A DNA stretch of 64,000 nucleotides. Origin: Aureliella sp. GTDB lineage: Bacteria; Planctomycetota; Planctomycetia; Pirellulales; Pirellulaceae. The position numbers and the translations under genes are program-made. Within the stretch, counting starts at the first letter, position 1. Every line of letters starts with the position of its first letter. Location: NCBI GenBank assembly GCA_963691875.1, contig OY829846.1:737465-801464 (forward strand). Reading direction: 5' to 3'. Under the pieces are notes generated by a model that made no database searches, was not told where the DNA came from, and saw only the letters and a list, made by a program, of their open reading frames with translations. Shown here one piece after another: positions 52,903-63,568 of this stretch.

Positions 52903-53003
52903 CTGATAACAACCACTAGTCGCAACGGACTAGCGACATTGCAGATCTAGACGTTTGTTGTCTTTGCATTTCAATTCACATTTTGTAGGCTCGGAAATAC
53001 AAC

Positions 53004-53369
53004 ATGCCAACCATCAATCAGTTGGTTAGACGCAACCGTAAGGTGCAGAAGAAGACGACCAAGTCGGTCGTTTTGGACAAATGCCCACAGAAACAAGGCG
53101 TTTGTTTGCAAGTTCGTACCATGACGCCCAAGAAGCCTAACTCGGCTCTGCGTAAGATCACACGTGTACGTCTTTCCAACGGCAAGGAAGTAACAGTTTA
53201 CATCCCTGGCGAAGGCCACAATCTGCAAGAGCACTCGATCGTGCTCGTTCGCGGTGGCCGAGTTCGTGACCTGCCTGGTGTGCGTTACCAGGTTGTCCGC
53301 GGTGCTCGTGATACGCTTGGCGTCGACGGACGTAAGCAAGCTCGCAGTCGTTATGGTGCCAAGAAGTAA
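53004..53369 (+). CDS. rpsL: 30S ribosomal protein S12
   Basis: [27 protein letters not shown]. Confidence 0.99.
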   Translation: MPTINQLVRRNRKVQKKTTKSVVLDKCPQKQGVCLQVRTMTPKKPNSALRKITRVRLSNGKEVTVYIPGEGHNLQEHSIVLVRGGRVRDLPGVRYQVVRGARDTLGVDGRKQARSRYGAKK

Positions 53370-53394
53370 GCAAGAATAGGAACAGACAAATCTC

Positions 53395-53865
53395 ATGGGT
53401 AAGATTACCGCAAGTCGCACCACGCTTCGACCAGATCCAAAGCACCAATCGCTGCTGGCTGGCAAGTTCATCAATTGCCTGATGCTCGACGGCAAGAAAA
53501 GCACCGCTCAGCGCGTTTTTTACAACGCATTGGACTATATCGCTGAAAAGGTAACGGATCGTCCTGCCATCGAAGTTTTCGAAGAAGCGGTTGAGAACGT
53601 GAAGCCTTTCATCGAAGTTCGCTCCAAGCGAGTAGGTGGGGCTTCGTACCAAGTACCGATGCAAGTCAACAAGGCTCGTCAACAGTCGTTGGCAATTCGA
53701 TGGCTCCTACAAGCTGTCCGTGAAAAGAAGGGTCGGGCTGTGCACGAGAAGCTAGCCGAAGAACTACTTGCAGCGTTTCGCAAGGAAGGTACCGCCATGT
53801 CGCGTCGTGAGAACACTCACCGTATGGCGGACGCCAACAAGGCCTTCGCACACTTCGCTTGGTAA
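53395..53865 (+). CDS. rpsG: 30S ribosomal protein S7
   Basis: [32 protein letters not shown]. Confidence 0.99.
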   Translation: MGKITASRTTLRPDPKHQSLLAGKFINCLMLDGKKSTAQRVFYNALDYIAEKVTDRPAIEVFEEAVENVKPFIEVRSKRVGGASYQVPMQVNKARQQSLAIRWLLQAVREKKGRAVHEKLAEELLAAFRKEGTAMSRRENTHRMADANKAFAHFAW

Positions 53866-53881
53866 ACCACCAAAACAATTC

Positions 53882-53919
53882 ATAGCCGCGTTGTCGAATC
53901 GGATAGCGCGGCTATTTTT
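53882..53919 (+). terminator. Intrinsic terminator after rpsG
   Basis: ATAGCCGCG / CGCGGCTAT 9-bp stem followed by T4. Confidence 0.65.
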
Positions 53920-54188
53920 ATGCGCTGGCAGATAGGACGAACATCCTCATTAGGGAGGAGCATCCTTGCTTGTCATCGCCGCAGCCAACTCCGTCACTCT
54001 CCCTCTTGCCTAGCAGGGTTAAGGGAGAGTCGAGCCGCCACACTCGGAAGGGGTCCTTCGCAGGATACTCCGTCCCCGTCGTTGTGGCTCCGCTACTCCC
54101 AGAATTCCTCGCTGGGGTCGGAAAGTGAGGTTGTCCTGGTGAGCCCTTCACCCGCTTGAAAAAGTTGCTTGACTGAAATGGAAGCATC

Positions 54189-56282
54189 ATGGCTCGTGAA
54201 CTAGAATCCCTACGAAACATCGGAATCATCGCTCACATCGACGCCGGCAAAACGACGGTGACCGAGCGAATGCTGTACGTCTCTGGCGCGAAGCACAAGG
54301 CCGGCGGAGTCGACTCGGGCAATACTGAAACCGATGACGACCCCGAAGAGCAAGATCGCGGCATCACGATCTATTCGGCATGTGTGACGTTCAACTGGAA
54401 AGACGTCACCATCAACTTGCTGGACACTCCTGGTCATGTGGACTTCACAGCTGAAGTCGAGCGCTGCCTTAGAGTCCTCGATGGCGCTGTAGTCGTATTC
54501 AGTGGCCGTGAAGGTGTCGAAGCACAAAGTGAGACCGTCTGGAGACAAGCCGACAAATATAGGGTGCCTCGCATCGTTTTCATCAACAAACTCGACCGAG
54601 AAGGTGCAGACTTTTACCGAGTGCTTGACGAAATCGGCCCACGCTTAAACGCCAAACCCGTCCCCATTCAGATCCCAGTCGGAATGGGACCCGCACACGT
54701 CGCCGATCCCTTCGTCGGTGTCATCGACTTGATCGAGATGAAGATGATTCGCTTCTCCAAGGACGACGATGGGCGGAACGTCGAGACAGAAGAAATTCCA
54801 GAAGTCATGCTGGACGAAGCTCAGGTATATCGAGAATCGATGCTCGAAGCTCTCTGCGAAATAAACAACGACATGATAGAGTTGTTTATGGAAGAGAAAG
54901 AGATTCCAAACGAACTCATTCAGACTGCGTTGCGAGAAGGCTGCATCACGCGACAGATCCAGCCGCTGGTATGCGGTTCGGCCTTGCACGGAATGGGAGT
55001 ACAACCGTTGCTCGATGCCGTCGGCGCCTATTTGCCTTGCCCCCTCGATCGCCCGCCAGTTGTCGGCGTCGATCCGAAGAAGGCAGACAAGGAACTTTCA
55101 CGCAAGCCCTCCGATAAAGATCCCTTCTGTGCGTTGGTTTTTAAAATCCTTCCCGCCAAGACAGGCGACTTGTACTGGATTCGCGTCTATTCCGGAACGG
55201 TGAAAGCCAACTCGCGAGCCTACAACCCGAATCGCGAGAAGAAAGAAAACGTCGCTCAACTATGGCAAATCCATGCAACCAAGAAAGAGCGGGAAGGTCA
55301 AGTAGAACAACTCCGCTGCGGCGACATCGCTTGTGCCATCGGCCCGCGACACTCGATCACCGGTGATACGCTTTGCGACACCAAGGACTTCATTCAACTG
55401 CCGAGTATTGAGTTCGCTCAAACTGTGATCTCGATGGCCATTGAGCCTGAAAACACAACCGATCGCAAGAAGTTGTCCGAGGTGCTCGAGATGCTCGAAC
55501 GCCAGGATCCGACATTCGACGCCGTCGAGAACGAAGAATCAGGTCAAACGTTGATCAGCGGCATGGGTGAGTTGCATTTGGACGTGATCAAGCACCGATT
55601 GACGCGAGACTTTAACCTGAACGTCAAGTTCTACAAGCCGCGAGTAAACTACCGCGAAACGATTGGCAAAAAAACCACTGTCGAAGGGCAATGCAATCGA
55701 CAGATTGGCGCAACTCAGATGTTTGCTCGCGTTCAGTTCGAAATTGAACCACTCCCCGATCCTGCAGCAGACGTGATCGTCCTCGATCGCTTCTTTGGCG
55801 ATGATGCATTGCCAATTGAACTCAAAGACGCAGTCATGGAAGAGCTTCGCGGACGCGCGGTCGGTGGCGGCATGATTGGCAGCTTCCCGCTGTCTGGATT
55901 CCGCATCAGTTTGGTCGGCGGCGAAATGCACGAAGTCGGTTCGGACGAAGTGGCGTTCCGCATTGCGGCCAATGACGGATTCGATGCTGCATTGACCCAA
56001 GCCAAGCCAAAATTGCTCGAACCCATCATGCGACTCGACATTGTTACTCCGGATGACTACGTCGGCGATATTGTCGGAGACCTTCAGCAACGCCGCGCTA
56101 TCATCGACTCGACCGAGTCGCGGGGCATTATGACGGGTGTTGTCGCCTTCGCTCCACTCAAGGAGTTGTTCGGTTACTCCTCAGCCATCCGTTCCCTTTC
56201 CCAAGGCCGGGCTGGCTGTTCGATGGAGCCTCACGGATATCAAGAAGCCCCTGAATCCGACCTTGAAAGCTTTGGATTCTGA
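54189..56282 (+). CDS. fusA: Elongation factor G (divergent paralog type)
   Basis: AHIDAGKTT, RGITI, DTPGHVDF, NKLD, SGMGELHL, LLEPIM, LSQGRA. Confidence 0.95.
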   Translation: MARELESLRNIGIIAHIDAGKTTVTERMLYVSGAKHKAGGVDSGNTETDDDPEEQDRGITIYSACVTFNWKDVTINLLDTPGHVDFTAEVERCLRVLDGAVVVFSGREGVEAQSETVWRQADKYRVPRIVFINKLDREGADFYRVLDEIGPRLNAKPVPIQIPVGMGPAHVADPFVGVIDLIEMKMIRFSKDDDGRNVETEEIPEVMLDEAQVYRESMLEALCEINNDMIELFMEEKEIPNELIQTALREGCITRQIQPLVCGSALHGMGVQPLLDAVGAYLPCPLDRPPVVGVDPKKADKELSRKPSDKDPFCALVFKILPAKTGDLYWIRVYSGTVKANSRAYNPNREKKENVAQLWQIHATKKEREGQVEQLRCGDIACAIGPRHSITGDTLCDTKDFIQLPSIEFAQTVISMAIEPENTTDRKKLSEVLEMLERQDPTFDAVENEESGQTLISGMGELHLDVIKHRLTRDFNLNVKFYKPRVNYRETIGKKTTVEGQCNRQIGATQMFARVQFEIEPLPDPAADVIVLDRFFGDDALPIELKDAVMEELRGRAVGGGMIGSFPLSGFRISLVGGEMHEVGSDEVAFRIAANDGFDAALTQAKPKLLEPIMRLDIVTPDDYVGDIVGDLQQRRAIIDSTESRGIMTGVVAFAPLKELFGYSSAIRSLSQGRAGCSMEPHGYQEAPESDLESFGF

Positions 56283-56585
56283 TTGAAGCGTCTTGAATTG
56301 AGCCCAATGGCCTCAGCCTCAGTTCCAGGTAGTAAGATTAGCGCAAGCTGACACTATCGATCTAGACAGCTTCTGTGAAACGGTACCGAGAGTCACGCAG
56401 TTCCGTGATTGGCTCCGAAGCTGACGCTCTGCGGCTAAAGAAGTCAAGAGAGCCAAAGCAAGCCCCCGCCTCCGGCTAAGCTTTGCACAGCTCCGCTTGG
56501 CGATCGGCTAAAGTAAACACGACCGTTTTCGATTCCCTCGAGCGTTGAGGCTCGACTCGCTCCCCCCAGACTCTGCTCTCAGATC

Positions 56586-57080
56586 ATGACAACATACCAG
56601 CATCGTTTTGACAACGTCACCGATTATCTTCATCACCGCGCACCCTACTTGATGGTGGACCAAATTGTCTCGATCAGTTCAAAGGAAGTAGTAACCGAGA
56701 AGAAACTCACAGGTGAAGAGTTCTTTTTCCCTGGGCACTTTCCTGGAGCTCAAGTCCTCCCAGGCGCAATGATGCAAGAAATGACCACGCAGTCGGCCGG
56801 TATCTTGATTGCTGCGGAATACAATCCGATGCAAGAGTACAACACCCACGATCCTCACTTTAACGAATATGCTTTGGGCGTGCTTGTAAAGGTAAAACGA
56901 GCCCGGTATCGGGGCTTTGCACGACCAGGAGACCTGCTAACGGCGACCGTGACTTTGGAGGAGATTATTGGCGACGTCTACGAGTTCAGTGCTCGAATCG
57001 TATCGGGCGAACAGCGACTGACGGAGAATCGCTTTCAGCTCTCCAACATCAAGTCCACCGTGCTCAGCGGCGTTGCGTAG
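56586..57080 (+). CDS. FabA/FabZ-like hotdog-fold dehydratase
   Basis: LHHRAPYLMVD, FFFPGHFPG..VLPGAMMQE, ARYRGFARPGD. Confidence 0.85.
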   Translation: MTTYQHRFDNVTDYLHHRAPYLMVDQIVSISSKEVVTEKKLTGEEFFFPGHFPGAQVLPGAMMQEMTTQSAGILIAAEYNPMQEYNTHDPHFNEYALGVLVKVKRARYRGFARPGDLLTATVTLEEIIGDVYEFSARIVSGEQRLTENRFQLSNIKSTVLSGVA

Positions 57081-57343
57081 CAGTCGACCGGCTGCAAGTG
57101 AAATAGATTTACAGTTTTTAGATCTCAGCCGATTGGAGTTAGCCAAGGCTCTAGGCAAGTGCAGCATCACGTCACATTGGTGCTTCCTTCGGGACAAATA
57201 CCATGTAGCACACAACCGGCTCACGATCCGATCCTCGTGACCAGCCTTTTCTGCTAGTAGAAACGATGCTATCGCTCTGCATCTGAAAGAGGGTGGACAA
57301 TGGTCTCTATTGTCTGTCGGTCCCGGTATGACGGCTGGCATAA

Positions 57344-57381
57344 CAGAGTTGCCCAAAGTCTTCAGAGTTGCCCAAAGTCTT
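57344..57381. repeat. Perfect 19-bp tandem duplication
   Basis: CAGAGTTGCCCAAAGTCTT twice (57344-57362 and 57363-57381). Confidence 0.9.
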
Positions 57382-57994
57382 GACAACGCTCGAGACAAAC
57401 GCGTTCTTAACACAGGAAAGGGTGTCTTGTCTAGCAAACAGCTCAATACAAACTCCACTAACCGAATCTAGAAACTTGCTCTGAAAACAAGCACCGGCTA
57501 TCGGAACAACCTATCTGGTAGGGGGGTGGCTAGTTGCGGGCGGATGAGGTGGCCGCTACATTGAAGATTAACTTTGGGAAAGTTCTGTGAAGAATCGAAT
57601 CAATCGGTTCAGGCTTGCTCAGAGTTTGCTCTTCTGATCAACGGCTCATTCTCTTGATCGGTGCCTGGGCTTTCGGAGTCCGCACGCGGAAGGGCTACCC
57701 TACTACTCGCGAAAATACAATCGCGGTGCTGCAAGAAGCGATCCGATCTTCTTTTGACAACAAGTTTTTGTTTACTCCTCTTTTTGCGTTCTGGGCATGG
57801 TCTTGCTGTGGATCAGTTTACTCCTGAGAGCACTTTGCTTGCTTTGGATGGAGAATCTGCCACGCGATCGAACGTTATTCGATGAGGCCGAAAAATCTGG
57901 CTCTCGAAATTGCCAAACTCTCTTCGCAAGAAGCCAAGACCGTGCGGCTTTCTCCACTCGTAGTCACGCGTTTCAGAACGAGGGTGACGCCGAT

Positions 57995-58190
57995 GGGGTA
58001 GAGGAACTGCCACGATGCCAGACCGTCTTACCGTCCAATTTGGGTAAAACCGACTTCAAAAGGCCATTCAAGCAGGAAGTGGACACACGACCTCGCTTGG
58101 CCAACCAAGTGAAGTCTGACTTGTTGTTTCTAACGAAAGACTTTTTACCGGAAAGCGCTTTCCCGCGGATAGCATCGCGTTACTATCCCC
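57995..58190 (+). ncRNA. ssrS: Probable 6S RNA
   Basis: About 196-nt rod: closing stem GGGGTAG..CGATGC..CCG / CGG..GCATCG..CTATCCCC; central bubble with a 3' hairpin GGAAAGCGCTTTCC; GGTAAAA/TTTTACC; CAAGCAG/CTGACTTG; apical GCTTGG-CCAA-CCAAGT. Lies directly upstream of rny. Confidence 0.75.
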
Positions 58191-58206
58191 TCGAAAGGTT
58201 CTCCCC

Positions 58207-59823
58207 GTGTTTCAATTCATCGATCAGCTCGACTTAGTTCGGGCCACATCTTCTTACTTGCTGCTCGGCCAAGATAGCGGTGTCGTGCCAGTCATCGCTG
58301 GTGTTGGCGGCTTGGCAGTTGGCGCAGGCGCTATTTTGCTGATGAACCAGATGCGAGCCAAGGACCTAAAGGCCCAAGCTCAAGCGGTTCTCGACAAAGC
58401 TGCGGCTGAATCAGAGAACATCAAGAAGTCCGCTGAGCTCGCAGCCAAGGAAGAGTCGCTCAAGCAGCAAAAGGAAGTGGAGAAGGAAGCCAACAAGCTT
58501 CGCAATTCGATTCAGAAGAAAGAATCGCAGCTTGAGCGCCGCGAAGAGCAGCTGAATCAAACTGCCGACGACTTCAAAAAGCAAGAGAAAATGGTTGAGG
58601 CAAGCCAACGGCGCCTGACCGAGAAGATGCAGGAGAATAGCAAACGTTCTGAACAATTGCAGTCATTGATCACCAAGCAGACGAACGAGCTACAAAAAGT
58701 CAGCGGGATGAAACGTGACGAGGCCAAGGAACGCATGCTTGAGCTACTTCGCGATGAACTCGATCAAGAGGTCGGTAACGAAATCCTCAAGCATGAGCGA
58801 CGCATCGCCGAAGTCGCAGAGGAGAAAGCTCGCGACATCATCCTTACTTCGATGCAACGTTATGCGTCACAATATACTTCCGACAGTACAACTAGCACTG
58901 TGGACATCCCGAGCGACGAGATGAAAGGTCGCATCATTGGTCGAGAAGGTCGGAACATCCGTGCCTTTGAGAAGGCCACGGGAATCGATGTCATCATCGA
59001 TGACACTCCGGGTGTAGTGATCGTCAGTGGCTTTGATCCGGTTCGCCGCGAAGTCGCTAGGCAATCGCTCGACAAATTGATCTCCGACGGCCGCATCCAT
59101 CCATCACGAATCGAAGAGATTGTGGCTGAGACGGAAAAGGAGATCGAGAAGTACATCATTCGAAAAGGCCAAGAAGCGGTGGAAGAAGTCAACATAGGCG
59201 GCGTGCACAAAAAAATCGTCTACATGCTCGGCCGTTTGCACTTCCGAACGAGCTTCAGCCAGAACGTACTTCGGCATAGTATCGAAGTCGCTTTTCTTTC
59301 GGGATTGATGGCGGAGATGACTGGCTTGGATCCAGAGTTGGCTCGTCGAAGCGGATTGCTTCACGACATTGGAAAAGCTGCGGACCACGAGCTCGAGGGC
59401 GGTCACCCGAAGATCGGTGCCGACTTGCTAAAGCGTCACGGCGAGAATGAGACAGTCGTTCACGCGGCTCTAGGCCACCACGATCAACTCACCACCGACT
59501 ACCCCTACACCCTGCTGGTAGCAACCGCCGACGCTTGCAGTGCATCCCGCCCTGGTGCCCGACGTGAATCACTGGAACGCTACATCAAACGCATGGAAGA
59601 GCTCGAGTCGATTGCCACCGACTTTGGCGGAGTCGAGCAAGCGTTTGCGATTCAAGCTGGGCGCGAACTACGCGTCATCGTAAGCGCTCATGACACCGAT
59701 GACTCCAAGGCGGCCAAGATTTGCCGGGATATTGCGAAGGCGTTCGAGCAGCAATTGACTTATCCAGGTGAGATTAAAGTGACCGTGGTGCGTGAGTCAC
59801 GTTTCGTCGAGGTAGCTCGGTGA
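58207..59823 (+). CDS. rny: Ribonuclease Y
   Basis: N-terminal TM, coiled coil, KH domain [14 protein letters not shown] domain [17 protein letters not shown]. Confidence 0.97.
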   Translation: MFQFIDQLDLVRATSSYLLLGQDSGVVPVIAGVGGLAVGAGAILLMNQMRAKDLKAQAQAVLDKAAAESENIKKSAELAAKEESLKQQKEVEKEANKLRNSIQKKESQLERREEQLNQTADDFKKQEKMVEASQRRLTEKMQENSKRSEQLQSLITKQTNELQKVSGMKRDEAKERMLELLRDELDQEVGNEILKHERRIAEVAEEKARDIILTSMQRYASQYTSDSTTSTVDIPSDEMKGRIIGREGRNIRAFEKATGIDVIIDDTPGVVIVSGFDPVRREVARQSLDKLISDGRIHPSRIEEIVAETEKEIEKYIIRKGQEAVEEVNIGGVHKKIVYMLGRLHFRTSFSQNVLRHSIEVAFLSGLMAEMTGLDPELARRSGLLHDIGKAADHELEGGHPKIGADLLKRHGENETVVHAALGHHDQLTTDYPYTLLVATADACSASRPGARRESLERYIKRMEELESIATDFGGVEQAFAIQAGRELRVIVSAHDTDDSKAAKICRDIAKAFEQQLTYPGEIKVTVVRESRFVEVAR

Positions 59824-60692
59824 TCGAACCTGCGATCCTCCCTCCAGTTGACGAAAACGCGGTGCGTGTTGCCTTCATCGGCGACGTCGTCGGAAAACCT
59901 GGAATGCGGATTGTCTGCTCGACCGTTCCTTGGCTGCGACGCGAACAAGGCGTGCAGTGTGTGATTGCCAACGCAGAGAATGCTGCAGACGGCTCAGGGC
60001 TGCGTTGCAAAGATTATCGAAGGTTGGTCGAACATGGTGTCGACGGTATCACGCTCGGCGATCATGTGTTTCGCAAGAAAGAGATCATCGGTGCACTTGA
60101 GTCCGAATCCAACTTGATCCGTCCGGCCAATTTACCGTCAGAAGCACCCGGTGCTTCACACATGATTCTGGAAGTGGATGAAGAAACCAAAATCGCCATT
60201 TTCAGCGCGTTGGGTCGCGTCTTCATGAAACCGGTCGACTGCCCCTTTCACGCAATCGATCGCCAGTTGGAAGAAACGGTGGGTGTGACACCGATACAGA
60301 TTGTGGATTTTCACGCTGAAGCAACGAGCGACATGCAGATCATGGGGCGTTATCTGGATGGTCGTGTTTCAGCCGTTCTGGGGACTCATACGCATGTAGC
60401 CACTGCGGATGACTGCATTCTCCCTGGTGGAACTGCCTTCCAGAGTGACGTCGGAATGACCGGGCCATTTGAAAGCATCTTGGGCCGGAAGATCGATGCG
60501 GTGCTAGAGGCCACCCTCAAATCTTTGCCTACCCCATTCCAAGTGGCAACTGCCGATATTCGATTGAACGCAACAGTCCTCGACCTCGAGCGCGGCACGG
60601 GCAAGTGCCGCAGTATCGAACGCATAGAAGTTCGCGAAGACTACATCCTGGCCTATCAGGAAAGACTAGAAGCGTCGAAGAAAGTCCTGTGA
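59820..60692 (+). CDS. ymdB: YmdB-like metallophosphoesterase
   Basis: [41 protein letters not shown]; overlaps the rny stop. Confidence 0.93.
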   Translation: MIEPAILPPVDENAVRVAFIGDVVGKPGMRIVCSTVPWLRREQGVQCVIANAENAADGSGLRCKDYRRLVEHGVDGITLGDHVFRKKEIIGALESESNLIRPANLPSEAPGASHMILEVDEETKIAIFSALGRVFMKPVDCPFHAIDRQLEETVGVTPIQIVDFHAEATSDMQIMGRYLDGRVSAVLGTHTHVATADDCILPGGTAFQSDVGMTGPFESILGRKIDAVLEATLKSLPTPFQVATADIRLNATVLDLERGTGKCRSIERIEVREDYILAYQERLEASKKVL

Positions 60693-61171
60693 ATTCATCG
60701 ACGCCCACAGCTTCAAAATCGCCACTCTCGGATCCAGTAAACAGCCAGTCCGGATTCGCTGTGAATCGTCTCAGCTGGTGGATCCGTTTAAGCTGTGTCC
60801 TTGCCGTGGTGCTCAATTCAGGACTTTTAGTCACAGCACGCACCCTAACTCCATCGCACCAGGGATTGGGCACTCACCAGCAATTAGGCTTACCACCCTG
60901 CACTTCTATTCTCCTTTTTCAGATGCCCTGCCCAGCCTGCGGCATGACAACCTCTTGGGCTCATTTGCTGCGCGGCCATGTTTTGGATGCATTTCGAGTG
61001 AACGCGGGCGGCACGCTGCTAGCAATGATTGCGATTGGCTATCTGCCGTTCGGCTGCTATTTTGCCTTCACCGGAAAGGGGACACGAAGAGAATCTTTTT
61101 CTCTGATTCTCGGCGCTTCGCTTTTGCTCGCTATCTGCATTGCGACCGCACAGTGGCTAATTCGGCTATAG
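60689..61171 (+). CDS. DUF2752 domain membrane protein
   Basis: GTHQQLGLPPC...CPACGMTTSW...N.GG; GTGA overlap with the ymdB stop. Confidence 0.8.
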   Translation: MNSSTPTASKSPLSDPVNSQSGFAVNRLSWWIRLSCVLAVVLNSGLLVTARTLTPSHQGLGTHQQLGLPPCTSILLFQMPCPACGMTTSWAHLLRGHVLDAFRVNAGGTLLAMIAIGYLPFGCYFAFTGKGTRRESFSLILGASLLLAICIATAQWLIRL

Positions 61172-61841
61172 GAAACCTTGGGGCGAAGCCTGGCTCAATG
61201 CTCCAAGCATAAATCTTCTGCATAATGACGCATGACTGATCCGAGCAGTGATGGGAGCGAAAGGTATCCTATGTCATCGAGTCGAAAATGAATGACGACC
61301 TTGCCAAATGCCAACCACCCTGCATCACCGGTGAAAAGCGTCAATGAGTGACGTGACGGCACGAACCGCCATCACCACGGTCGTCTCGTTCAAGCCATAT
61401 CTCGCTCTTGCTTGGCGACAATCCAATCGCGGATTCATTCGTCTGAAGCCAGGAATACCAATTGTTGGAGGAGTCAGCAAAACCGATGAAGCCAGTTTCC
61501 GGAGTCAGTTCGACATCGTCTGCGCTGAAGGTGACTGTCTCTTGCGGTCAACTTGGGAAACTAACGAATGTTTGTTTCTTCAACACTCCTCACTAATTCG
61601 GGAAGCCTTTGGATAGACGGCAATCATATCGAGGTGGATAGGTATGCAATAGCTTGCGCTCACCGCGTACTGTTTCTGCACGATATCACAAATACACAAA
61701 TTGCTATCAAAGAACGAGCTAGCGAAAGGCAAATTAAGCTGCTAAGAGTTCTCTGACACGAGACACTGTGCCCAAGAGGGGGTGAGCCAGCTCGTGACTG
61801 TCGAATCAAATATTATCACCGAAAGGGCCTGAGGCTTTCCT

Positions 61842-62504
61842 ATGAACAGCAAACTACGCTGCTACTCTTTAAGTACACTTGCTACCTTGCTGCTCATCTC
61901 ATGTATCGCTTTCTCCTCTGGATGTATCAACCTTGCAGCCAACATGATCCACGCGATCCAGGGCAACATGGTGCCAGCTGAGTTTGACGGCCTTTCTGGC
62001 AAACGTGTGGCTATCGTGTGCCGCACAGATGAGGGCCTTAAATCGAGTGCCACAAACACCATCCTGCACAACAATCTTCAAGCAGCTTTGGCCATGCACC
62101 TCGAAGACGTCAAACTCGTTCGGCGATCTCAGTTAGAAAAATGGTACGCACAGAATCCAGAGGACAGATACGACTACTACAAAGTCGGTGAAGGTGTTGA
62201 CGCGGATCTGGTTGTTGCGGTGGAGATCTCGAATCTTAAGCTGAAGAATGGACAGACACTTTATCGTGGAGTTTCCGACATCAGCGTCAAGGTGCTGGAC
62301 ATGGAGCGTGAAGTACTTTTATTCCACAAACAGATGCCTGAGATCTCTTTTCCTAACTCAACAGGCAAACCGATTACCGATACGAGCGAAAACAAGTTTC
62401 GCCAGTTCTATCTTGCTTACGTGACTCGAAAGATCGGAGCTTTGTTCTATCCCGTCGACGCTCATGCCGATTACGCAATCGATGCCACGATGAGCAGCTT
62501 CTAA
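61842..62504 (+). CDS. Putative lipoprotein
   Basis: Hydrophobic leader ending SSGC; clean 220-aa ORF. Confidence 0.8.
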   Translation: MNSKLRCYSLSTLATLLLISCIAFSSGCINLAANMIHAIQGNMVPAEFDGLSGKRVAIVCRTDEGLKSSATNTILHNNLQAALAMHLEDVKLVRRSQLEKWYAQNPEDRYDYYKVGEGVDADLVVAVEISNLKLKNGQTLYRGVSDISVKVLDMEREVLLFHKQMPEISFPNSTGKPITDTSENKFRQFYLAYVTRKIGALFYPVDAHADYAIDATMSSF

Positions 62505-62868
62505 GCTGAAGTCGACGACAGCTTGCATAGCGATCCCAATATCGCCTACCAATCTGCCGGACTTTGTACCTCTTCCGAAACATACTGGAATCTTACAACC
62601 AACTGTTTCTGCAACGTCAAAGAGCAGTGCCCTGGTGATCGCTTGCTGATCGGGAGGACTCACACGCTTGAGCGTCGTGCTGATATTTCCGCAACCTGCC
62701 CTTTCTAGCAGGATTCGTTTTTTCGAAATATTGCTCGTAGACTGCCGGTCGCTTCGATCTATCTCGTTCGGCTAATCTCCGACCAGAGCCACCACCTACG
62801 CACTCGTGGATGCATCGCGACGACATTTTCATGCGCGACTGCGGAGTTCAGACACGGTTCACTCTGAA

Positions 62869-63529
62869 ATGAAGCCTTCTCGGCAGTCGCGTTTCCGATG
62901 GCTGCGAGGCGTTTCTAAGTCTCGCTTTGTCCTGTTTCTCGAATATTGGAAAAACGTTCTGTGTGGTCTAGTTCCGGTCAATCGAGACTTCACGCCAGCG
63001 GAAGACGGTATCGAGATCTTTGTTATTTAGTCTGGAGTCCGAGCGGTAATCGTTCTTCCAGTCTCAACATCAACCGTCAATTGTCACAACAAGTTGGGAG
63101 CCTTCTTCTATCGCCGCGACATTCCGAGTGCATCGCGTGTCCTGATAGGATGGGGCGACAGAGGCTTCTTCCTCGAAACGGAATCTGGTACGACCTGAAG
63201 CTATCGACTGCAGCCAGCGCACTACGTTGGCACTCTATCAGCTGTATCCTCGTGACTTTTACAGATCCGCGGTATTATTCCGATGCAACTTCCGTCAAGA
63301 TTTACAAGGAACAGTACGAGCAATTGGTAGCGTTCATCGAGCAAGCATTTACGCAGAATGATGAATCATTGCAGAGACCAATCGAAGGCTATGCACACAC
63401 GAAGACTGGCGCTTTTTTCAAGCGAAAGGAAACTACCACTCGCTAAATACTTGCGAGACTTGGGTCGGCCGAGCACTACGATCGGCAGGAATGGAAGTGC
63501 TTTGGTTCGCGCTTTTGCCCAGCACATAA
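62869..63529 (+). pseudogene. DUF2459/TIGR02117-like gene with several frameshifts and stops
   Basis: Pieces in different frames: VPVNRDF..AEDGIEIFVI*, WGDRGFFLET, WYDLKLSTA, EQYEQLVAFI, YHSLNTCETWVGRALRSAG. Confidence 0.7.
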
Positions 63530-63568
63530 ACTCTGCACTTTCCATTTGTAAATGAGCGACAGAGCCTA

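Noticed and set aside
53920-54188. SRP RNA, RNase P RNA, tmRNA or group II intron end
   Set aside because: Lacks the diagnostic motifs (CAGG..GNRA..AGCAG, GAGGAAAGTCC, tRNA-like ends, domain V).
61344-61756. Small ORFs between DUF2752 and the lipoprotein
   Set aside because: No recognisable motif or RBS; other frames are full of stops.
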